DNA from: Sphagnum compactum
Lineage: Eukaryota
NCBI GenBank assembly: GCA_965153455.1
Contig: OZ234493.1
Span: forward strand, 25,286,213-25,350,212
Direction: 5' to 3'
Length of the DNA stretch: 64,000 bases
Below the pieces are notes generated by a model that worked only from the letters and a program-made list of their open reading frames with translations, was not told the DNA's origin and did not search any database. The position numbers and the translations under genes were made by a program. Numbering within the stretch: position 1 is the stretch's first letter; every line of letters begins with the position of its first letter. Shown here one piece after another: positions 12,950-23,589 of the stretch.

Positions 12950-15689
12950 GTGCTAATCTTGGTTTGAGTCAAAGTCAGCTTTGAGGATAATGCAGAAAGA
13001 TGTGTAATCAAGATTGGTTGCCAGGAAAGGGGAGCCAGTGTGCTTGGGGGTGTGACAGTCTTGTTTGCTGCCTGGTGCAGGTGGATTGGTATTTAGTCTC
13101 TGGCTCAACTCAAATTTCTGCAGGACAAGAACTTGGACGTGCAAAGAGAAATCATGAACTGTGAGTGTATTTGCAGGAGCTTCACTAATTATGTCAGAAA
13201 ACACCAACTCTGCGTTTTTTTTTCAAAGTTCATTGACGAGAGTGATTAGTATCTGCCTCACAAAAATGTAATGTGTTCTTGGGTGCAATCAAGCAAAATT
13301 TCTTACCAGCAAAAAGTTATTAGCTATTGGAATGGTACATGTGTTCGATGACTGTCCAAGATGCTAGAACATTCTGCAAAGAGTGGTGAAGTTTCTCTTT
13401 ATCGGTCTGGGATAGGGGTAGGTGGCTGAGGGCAAGCTTTTGATGTATGTAAGGATTTGTGAGTGGTTGTGGACATGATAAGAGCAATGATCAAGTTGAT
13501 TGCATCCTAGGATGGCATTTCTTCACAAACTGATTGAAATCTCTACAGATGTGGTAGTCATTCTCAATTCATAGGATTTCTACATACCTGGGTGCACTGA
13601 GAAATTTTCCCAGTTGGTCTCACATTGTTGAGGACTGGTGATGGTAATAATCTTGAACTGTTGCTTCTCGTGCAACAGTCATGCGTAAAAAGAGGTTGAT
13701 TTTTCAATCTAGTCTCCTGATTCAGTTTATGACCCATTAGTTTTTCTCAAAGAATTATGGTGGCTGTCTAACCCCTTGCTGCAACCTAAGATCCTGCTCA
13801 GTCACATGGGCAAGTAGCCTTTCTTGAAAAACTTGAGTAGGTCCAAGCAGACCTTTCAGGTCATGGAAATAGGTCAGTGCACACCTTCTTCAACTGTGTA
13901 CTGTTATACTTTCACCAAGCAGAAGCAAACTATTTGAGTTCACATGCCTATGAACCTCTTCAGTTCTCTCTTTTTTAATTCACTGCAACATGGAAACACA
14001 GTGCAAAGGATCAACTCTTTGCAGTGTTCGAGCACAAAAAGGCTTGTTGACAATCTCAATTGTCAGCCCCTTCAACCTTTAGAACTTTCTTGTCTTATCC
14101 AGTGCCAGAGAACCCAGTTGAGTTATGCCTTACAAACAAATAGCAAAACACCAGCTGTTCTACATGTAGCAGATGTGCACTAACCTCTGAGTGCACGGGC
14201 AGGTTTGAGGATTAGCATTTGACCATGGATATTCAATTACCAACATCTCTTGCTTACCAAGTGGGAAAGAAAGCAACTGCATTTGCAGATTCAGTGACCT
14301 CACAATGCTGGCTGCTCAGGTTGCTGCTTCTTGACCAAAATTTTACGGACTGGTTTTGAATCACTTCTTAGTATGGTTGTGTGTTTGCTCAAGTACTCAT
14401 CACATAGTCCAAGCATAGGCACACTGTAGTACTTCCATCAGGCCATGAACCAGAGCAGATTGAAGAATTGCACAACAGCATGTCTCTCCTCTCTGACAGG
14501 TACAATTGCTCCCCATGATCTGCATCTGTTGATCCTATCATCTCTAGAGCTAATTCTTGCTTCCTTTCTTTTGAGAATCCATCCTAACACTGCTGTTCCT
14601 GAGGCAACAACCAGACTCCAGGTTTTGGGAGTAGCATTTGACCACGGGTATTCTCCTTCCTGCAACAACAACAACAACAACCATCCTCGGGAAAGCCTGG
14701 TGCCCCCAGCTCCATTGAGAGTACTCTGCTTGCAAGGGATTCAAGCCAACAACCCCAAGATCGATCAACCACAAGATCCATATGTAAACTGGAGGCAAAA
14801 TGGAACTCTAAATTGACTGATAATGCTCCGTTCTTTCTATGCCAAGGATTGCAACTGTTGTCCAGAGACATTTGGCTCTCTATCTCTACAGAAAACTTGC
14901 AGTTGAGAAAACTCAACTGCTGTATTTCACAGATTTCATTCTAGCAGCTGAAAACTTGCAGTCAACAAAAAAAATTATACTGATCATGTATGTCTCAGTT
15001 TTTGTTTCTGGCATCTCTTCTTCTCTGCACAGAAAACACTCGCAGTCAAGAAAAACTTTTACTGATATATGGTTTTGAGACAGGTTTGATTCTGCATCTG
15101 TCTCCACAGGAAACTTGGGGGGGGACTGACATATGACAAATTATTCAGAAGTATGTCGATGCTGCTTAGTCGTCTTCTTCTCAACAAGTTTGAATCTTAT
15201 TTCTCCAGCATCTTCTTCTGGTTCCATTGAAAACTTCTGGCTGCTCCTTTTGCTTTGAGAGGTAGATGGGTAGTAGCAGAAAAGCAGAAAGAAGTTCATA
15301 ATGCAACAACAAAAGATGTCCTCCTCCTCCTCCTCCCCGTTCTTCTTCTCTAATTTGGCCCGCCTAACGCGTCGTCGTCCCGGACCTCGTCGCGAACCTG
15401 GCAATTATCAGACTCGTAAGAAGCAGCTCTGGTACCGAATCTCATGAACGCTTTCTGCAACAAACAAACAAACAAACCAAAGGTTTGACGAGAGTCGAGA
15501 GAGAGAATAGAAAGAGAGAGAGAGTGAGACACACACACACACACACAGAGGAGAAAGAATTAGGGTGCATGATTAGGCTGGGTTTTAGGTTCAGATTGGG
15601 TTCGGTGAGAGCGGGTGGGATGGATTGGTGGACATCCGGGGAAAGAGGGAGAGAGGGTTGTGTGGAGTAAGTAGTGCACAGAGAGAGAC

Positions 15690-15723
<34 letters not shown>

Positions 15724-15730
15724 GTGTGCG
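12950..15730 (-). ncRNA. Putative spliced long non-coding (or small-ORF) transcript divergent from RING1
   Basis: On the minus strand, a CT-repeat leader near 15500-15720 is followed by strong splice sites in a compatible order: acceptor 14660, donor 14257 (G/GTAAGC), donor 13587 (CAG/GTATGT), acceptor 13374, donor 13306 (TG/GTAAGA), acceptor 13118. Exon 13307-13373 has stops in all three frames. Ends are approximate. Confidence 0.4.
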
Positions 15731-15760
15731 GGAGAAAGAGAGAGAAAGAGGACAGGCGGA
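15490..15760. repeat. (GA)n/(CA)n microsatellite-rich region of the probable bidirectional RING1 promoter
   Basis: Runs of GA (about 15690-15720) and CA (about 15529-15547). Confidence 0.8.
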
Positions 15761-16119
15761 GGAGGAATAGGAGGAGGAGGATTGAGGTAACAACGTACGC
15801 ACACGCGCACTCAACGCACAAACGAAGTCTTCTCAAGAACAGCGTCCGTCGTCACGCAATCTTTCCAGACGGGCACTTTGCTGTTCGGGGAGAAGAAAGG
15901 GAGGAGAATGGGACAGGAGCAGCAGAGCCTGGGAATCGTGACATGACAACGTTGTGTTCAGATTCAGGGAGTAACAAACGGTGCACACTGGACGGGGGAA
16001 AGAGATATATAGATAGATATATAGATAGATTGCGGAGAGAGAGAGACAGAGAGAGAGCAGGCAAGGGAAGGGAATAGAATAGAAAGAAAAAGAGAAGAGT
16101 TTTTTTCAGTGTTGCAGCA

Positions 16120-19100
16120 ATGCCAGCTGCTCAAGGGCGTGCAGAGCTCGGCTCTTCTCCGGATCCACCTGATCATGCTGATGATGACGGTAAAATACTA
16201 CAAACAAATGTGTTCTCTCTCTCTCTCTCTCTCTCTCGTCTCGTGTCGTGTGTGCATTATTATTATTATTATTATTGCAGGTGTTGTGTTTTTGCTTCGT
16301 CCTTCTTCTTCTGTAGAAACAAATACACGTAGAAACAGCAACAATATGCTTGGCTTGGGTTGCTTTCTCGGGAGGGAGCGACGGGAGGGAGGTTGCCTGC
16401 GTACAGCAGCTCCAATTGCGACATGTTAGCTTGATTTTTGACTTGTAATTATTAGATCTGCAACGCAAGGTTTTGTATCACGTGATCCATCGCTTCCGTT
16501 TGCTAGCACATAATTATAACAAACAGCGAGATCCAAGACCAGGTGAAGAAGAAGAAGAAAGCTCTCTACACGTTTTGTCTATTATCGCAAGTTTTGTGTC
16601 GATACGCCATAGTTTTCTTGTAGCCGCTCTATATCTCTCACACAAACAATTTGAAGAAATAATACCAGCAACAACAACATCATCATCATGTTTTCCGAGA
16701 ATTTTTCTTCGTTATTATTGTTTTGTTGCGACGATGAAGATGATGTGAGGGGCAAGCAACTTGCGAAGAAGGATGTTTCTTCTTCTTCGTTAATTAAAAC
16801 GATCTCTCGTCTCTGGGGCGGATGACGACGGCGATGCTTCTTCTTCTTCTTACGCGATGTCAGAAATTGTTGTAGCCTGTTGTAAGAATCTATGCTGCTG
16901 AATGTGTGTTCGTTCCTGTTGTCGTTGTTGGTTGTGTTACAACATGACAGGTGCATCGTCAGACTCACCACCTTCAAACGGCGACGATGACGACGAAAAG
17001 TATGTTGCTCGTATTCTTCATACCTATTTCGAAGTTGCAAATCTTGACTGTTGCACAGTATTATTAAGCTTCTAGCTTTCTTAACTGGAAGATTGCCCCT
17101 CTCTCTCTCTCACACACACACACGAACACACACAGAGTGAAGGATAGATAGATTACATACATGCGACGGCTAGTGAGGCTAAGATTCACCTGCCTGCTTG
17201 CACTTGACGTTGTGCTCCATTGATTGTGTATCTATATCTAAAATGGGACTCCACAACCTACTGTAATAGCAGCTGGTGAAGTAGCTGCTGCTGGATACAG
17301 AGAGTCCATTACAGAATCTTCAATTTGCTTTCCCCCCCCTTGTGCAATTGGAAGAAGAGACTTTTATTTCCACAGACAAAATTGGCAAACATGTTGTTGC
17401 TGATCAGCTGATGATTAGAATGCAGATCACCTCTGTGGTTTTTCTTTGACATCCTCCTGTTGAAAAGTGTTGCTTCCTCCCATTTTTTGAGAACCAAAAT
17501 TCTTTGAGAGCTAGGTCCTCTGAGATGGTCATGGTATGTACTGCTGCTGCTGCCAGAAGATGTCTAGGTAGGTGGACAGAAGCTAAGCTTGGAGAGTGAT
17601 GTGCAAAGTATTAGACAAAGGCTGTATGCATGTGGAGTCTTTTGGAGAGTAGTAGGTGCACACTGATGAGTGAGAATGCATTGTCCTCTGGGAGTTTGGC
17701 TTCTGCTTGGCAACAATGAAAATGTCTTAATGGAACTTCTTTGAGTGCTCTCAACTTTCATATCTGTTTCGTTTGGTGCAGGTACATGTCTGTCTGTCTT
17801 CCAGACATACGGAAGGAGATGCAGTGTCCCATTTGTCTCGGTATCAGAGCTGAGCCTCCTCTCAATGTTGTTTGAAAATACTCTGTACTGAATTTTTGGT
17901 GTAAAAGTTTATAGAGTTGGTTGTGGAATTCCTCATCAACTGTTTGTTTGTCTTCATTTGGGCAGGCATCATAAGGAAGACAAGAACAGTGATGGAGTGC
18001 CTCCATCGATTCTGCAGAGAGTGTATTGATAAATCCATGCGGCTTGGGTAAGAGTGTTTGCCCTAGTCAAGCCTGAAATTACCTTTTTTCCATTTCTGTG
18101 AATTTCTTAAAAACAGCATTGGACTTGTTTGGCTAATTGTGAATCTAGGATTTAGTGTATCACATTACACATGGTAGACTTACTGCAAGTTTAAGTTGTT
18201 CTCCAGTCACAGAATTCCTTGTTTTTTTAAACAGAGTTCTTATTCAACTCCTGAAAAAGTGTTGCTATTCATGGCCTTCTTTGCTCTCATACTGCAGATT
18301 GTTAAGTGTTAGTGGAGTATGGTTTCTCACTGCAATGAGTATATAGAAGGCCATTTTCTTGAAATAGTGTTGCTAGTTCCTGGTGCTCTGTTGCCAGTTT
18401 CCTGTTCTGTTACCAGGAGAATATAAGTGCAGTAATGTTAAGTTGATATCTTGACCAATTAATTGTTCAATCTGTTTGGTTGATTACATGTGTGTTGTAA
18501 AGTTTGATATCCATGTTGATTGTGGCATAATATATACTGTGACTCAGAAATAATGAATGTCCTGCTTGTCGAGCTCACTGCGCAAGTCGACGTTCCTTGA
18601 GAGATGACCCCAAGTTTGATAATCTGGTTGCAGCCCTTTATCCAAATGTTGACCACTATGAGGCAGAGGTATGTATATGTGCGTGAGCGTTGAACATTCT
18701 ATAATTGTTTGACAGGCTTAAGTTGGACCATACTGCAACATGTGCATTGCACAATTTGCAGAAGAGTTACCTACAGTATCTCTGGAGGTTCTTATTCATT
18801 TAGGCCCCCTTGTCACTGCAGAACACATCAGAAACTTTGTCTGAACTTTAATGAGAGAGCACACAATAGTGGTGATGTAATTTGTTCCATGTTGAAATTC
18901 TTGATGCATTTGAGTTTTGCTGGTCTGTAACTGCTGCATATCAGAATGGTCTCATTGAACTTCAGTGTCAGCAGCAAGTTATAGGGTCTAAAGTTTCCAC
19001 TCTGCATTGGAACAGGAAATGGCTGACTTTGGAGACCAGATTCATGTTAACAGACAGGCATGTCTATAATTGTATACCTGAGGGGGGGTTTCTACATTCT

Positions 19101-22049
19101 TGAACTTGACAAGCTTGAGATTGATATGTTTGTTAATTTGGCCTGGGGATGTTCGCTCAGGATGAAATTTGAAAAACCTTGGTGTTTGCTTTCAGAATCA
19201 CTTGAGAATGCTGTATTTGGGAGTGTTGATTTGGGGGTTCCTTTCATCTGAACTTCTTCAAGAATCAATATAATTTCAAGATGCTCAAGTTGAATTCCTT
19301 TCTCCAAACAGATCCAAGAGAATATTGCTGATACCTTTAAGCGGCAGGCAGCTGCCATTGCAAGGCGCCGAAGCACAGCTGCAGCAATTCTGAGGAAAGC
19401 TCATGGTAAATTCCGTATTGTACAGTCCAGGCAAAGGAGAGGCCGTGGCCGAGGTCGAGGAAGGAGTGGGGGCCGGGGGTTCAGGTCAGTAGTTGTGTCC
19501 TAGTTATAATGTTTCATACCTACACAGGTTATGTAACCTGTGCTGATTGATGGTTATCTGTACTGGAAATCAGGCTACAGTGCTAAATACTAAACACTCG
19601 TGTCATTCATTGAACACTGGAGATGTATATTTTTCAGGAAGTAGCACTCTCTGGGCATCATGCTCACACAGTCACTCCCTAAAGACAAAGTAGAGCGAGA
19701 TTGCAGGTATGGGAGGACTCAAACACAGTATGAGGAGGATGACTCCTATGGCAGTGGGAAAGCCCAGAGTGCAACATCTGGTGATGAAACACAGAGTGAA
19801 CCAGAGCCAAAGAGACGGCGGTTCAAAAGGCATGTTTCAGGATACACCACTGGTGAAGAAAGTAGTGATGCTGAGCCACTGAGTGGTATGCACATGGCTT
19901 CCTTCCACACCCAAGTTCCACAATAATGTATCTCTATTTGAGTTACTTGGGTACAAGTGATGATGAATGCTTAATACATTATGTTGGACATAAGCACAAC
20001 AGTGAAGGTTGTGCATGTTTTGAGTGTATACCAGCCATGAATTCAAGAGACTTTGTTGCCACATTATATGCAAGGTGGAATCAAATCACTCCATTTGCTG
20101 CTGGCAGCATTTCACCATTCCCTTCTGTTTGCTAACAAACTATAGCCTGGTCTGCTAGTTTCTCTGGTTACCGCTGTTAGGATAATGCTATGACAACAGT
20201 TGCAACACCAAAGCTTGTTGGCACTCAATCGCTCCAGGCTGTTGTCTTCTCAACTGGTGGGACCTTACCATGAGGAGATCAAATCTCCCTCACTCCATTT
20301 ATTTATGTCCTGATATATTGTCAAGTCAACTGCAGGAACATGTAGTCCAACTTGTGCAGTCAAAGATTGAGAGTTGGCTGAATGCAGATGGTGTTTGGGT
20401 TCTTTCAATGATGGGGTATTGCAGCAGCCACAACACATGAAACAGATGGGAGGCGTGGCTCCCTCTCAGAACATGAACTGCCCACTGAATCTACTGGGAG
20501 GGAGGCTGATGCTGAGGATGCATCTCCAACCACCAACAGGGAGGCTTTGAAGACCTGGGCTAGGGCAGGAGCACGCAGTCACACACGCCATGGCAGCATT
20601 ACTGGAAGTAATGGCAAAAATCGCAGTGTGAGGCCCTCCTTGCTGGGCAAAGACATCATAGATGCATTAGTGGCTGCTGCTCGCAGTGAGATTGAGGAGG
20701 AGGTGAGTGTTCCACATGTTTCAGAAGACACTTTTACAAAGAGTTTGCATGTTACAATTTCATTTGTGACACTGAGGGTCCTTAATTGTGAACAACTTAG
20801 AAACTCTCAGGGGAAAACAGCAGGAGAGCATGCAAAATTGTACTTCCAACAGATATCCTTACAAGATTGCCAGATGGGTTTGTCCTGTGTCACTAGCAGT
20901 TATAATATGTGCATGTGAATTTCTTCTCTTAGAGAGTTCCATGTACTATTGCATTTGTTGAAGGCTAACAAGGGCAGCAGGACATCTTCTCTCTTCTCCT
21001 TCACATATTGGATGAAATGGAAATCAGTTTATTCCTGTATTTCGAACAGGGCTGTGCCACATCTGAGTATGGTGGATAGAATGAATGTTCTCAACCCAAC
21101 TTCTGAGTTTTGTTGACTTCATGCACTCTCCAAATACCAAAACATATTGTGTGTCCAGTTGCATCATGGAAGCTTGATGTTCCAATCTTTTTGATGATTG
21201 TGTGCAGTTTGTTGTGCATTTGAGTCTGCAACCTTTGAATGATGGTTCAGATGACGAAGATACTCTGCCAAGCCTGAGGAAACCAAACCTTAGCTGTCCA
21301 CCCAACATGACTATTCTTCACCTATGCAAGGTATGCTTTGGTTTGTTATCATCTTTGCTGGGGGAGATGATTTTCTTGTCTTTACTTTCATTAAATTGAA
21401 AGGTCTTTTTTTGACCAAGTTGTATTTGCAGTTTTGCTTGATGGCTGCATTGGGTATTGAAATGTTGACATTTCCATTGCTCAACTTTACTTTAGTTAGT
21501 TGGTCAAATTTCTCAACCCTTGCTTATTTTTGACAATCTGAAGATCATATAAGTTTTTGGCGAGGTGTGCACAGACATTTAGTATCTTTTTGTGTCAAGC
21601 TTGATGACAACTTTCTTCAAGTTGGGTGTTGTGCAGTTTCTTACAACTCGGTTGATTCCAACACCACACATGGAATTGGAGATTCTGGTAGAGAGCAAAA
21701 GTGAGCAACTCACAGTACCAAAGCCTCCTCAAAGATTGAGCAAACTCTCCAAAGGGAAGGCATGGGTTTCAAGAGCAGAGAGTGGCAAGGAAGTTGTTCT
21801 ATTGTCTTCAGGGCATACACTTGCAACTGTTCTTTGTGATTTTTGGGACTACCGTGGTAACCTTGTAAGTAAACTCCTAAGTCACTACTCTCAGAAAGAC
21901 TTGTCTTTTCATTCCAGCTGAAAATTAGCCCTGAGTTTCAAGTGCTTTTATGGGCTCCTTTTGCTCTTTATGTGCACAATAGATGTTACTCACTGGAGTC
22001 TGTTTGTTGGTGAACATTGCAGGAGTTGCTTTATCGACGAAAGAATTAA
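16120..22049 (+). CDS. RING1: Polycomb PRC1 RING1-like E3 ubiquitin ligase (C3HC4 RING plus RAWUL-type C-terminus)
   Basis: Well-supported exons 17782-17840, 17966-18047, 18548-18668, 19016-19057, 19312-19484, 19707-19885, 20425-20702, 21208-21330, 21637-21864, 22023-22049. They give DIRKEMQCPICLGIIRKTRTVMECLHRFCRECIDKSMRLGNNECPACRAHCASRRSLRDDPKFD, WARAGARSHTRHG, LPSLRKPNLSCPPNMTILHLCKFL and ELLYRRKN-stop. The probable first exon 16120-16189 (MPAAQGR...) needs an unidentified bridging exon, so the start is uncertain. Confidence 0.9.
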
Positions 22050-23589
22050 AGGAAGAGGCTTCAAATTGACGGCCAATCATTCAGCAATGAGGTCTTACAG
22101 AGATGAATAGGAAGTTCACAAACTTGAAGTCATGAAGTCATTCATACTTCATACAAAGTGGTATTAAAGTGCGGTGCCACAGAACCATACTTTGATTTCT
22201 TAGTTATCTTATTCACAGAATTTTCATCATGAATCACTGATGTTCCTCAAAGATGGTACAACCTTGATTGAAGAAGTCATTTTGCTATAGAGTTTTGCCA
22301 AAGCATGGCACTTAACCCAAAATAGGTTTTGCAATAGAAGTTTTGCTTCCTGCCAGTGACTGGATTTGCACATCAGGCAGGGAGAATGCTTATTACATCA
22401 GTTGTGAATCTGACATTAATTTGATTGCTTCAGTTGATCTGATTCCAAATCTTAAATTCAGTGCCAATGTCTTGGACATTGGATAGAATGAACTGTGGTA
22501 CAGCAGGAAGGGAAATCCATTTTAGTTTATTGGCTGAGTCTCTGGACTTCCAGGGTATGCTACATGAACACCCACCAATTCACTTTTGTATGTGTGCTTC
22601 TAACTTCCAATGAATGATAACTGGACCTGGGGAGATCAAGAGCCTCTTCTTTGTGTATTTGAAGATTTACTGTCGAAGGTCCACTTTACTTGGTTATGAC
22701 ACGCATCCAGCTTCCTGGTCAGCCATCACTCCCGGTCATGTATCCTTTCTCCTGGCACAAAGTGAAAATTTCCAATGTTGAGAGACTCTTGTGCAAGTTA
22801 TGAGTGACAGTTCGCAGAGGGATCGTTTGCTGGATTCAATAAGATTGGTTGCAGGGGAAGCTTTTGCTGGATTCAATAAGAGTGCTTGTCAAGGCAGACA
22901 TCAACAGGGGTTGGGGTTGGATGGTATGTCAGAGCCTAACCTTCCTTCAGAAATGAGTGAAGAAATCTTCAATTCTGTCTTCCAGTTTCCTCATCCCAGC
23001 ATGTGGTGTCAGAGATATGAGAATACAATCTTGGTGCTGACTCCACAGTTTACTTGAATGTTGACAACAACTCCCAACTTCCTCTGCATGTTTTTCTGTC
23101 TACTGGACTACTGATTGATATATGATTATTGGGGGATAACAATCATAGATCTTGATCAAAGTGCCTTGGTTTAAATCATCTCTCAAGCTTACCTATGGTG
23201 TTGAGTGCAGACAAAGCAAGTAGGCTGAGATTTCTACTCCCCAATAAATCATGAATGGGACAGATGGAGTCAGACATGCTTCAGAAAGAGGATTACCTTC
23301 CAGAAGGAGAAATCATCAAACATTGATGGTTCCTTTTGATACAACTACCTTCCATTCAACTGCACCTGCCACCATGCAGCTATGTCTTCTGCCTTTCTGG
23401 ACAGCTTCAGCTGATTTTGCTGTTGCTTCAGCATGCTGCCATATTCCAAGCATCAAGCTGTCACAGAACTCTGCAAAGGAATGAAAGAAAAGGAAGGCTT
23501 TGTTGCAGGAGTGAAGAACAAATTGTGGTATGAATTGTGATCAGGAATGGATCTTAGTAATATAGCAAATCATGCTTCAGTTGTTTGTG

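Noticed and set aside
15350..16470. Numerous overlapping ORFs on both strands in the ORF track
   Set aside because: Artefacts of GA/CT/CA/TAT microsatellites; only 16120-16189 was kept as a probable exon.
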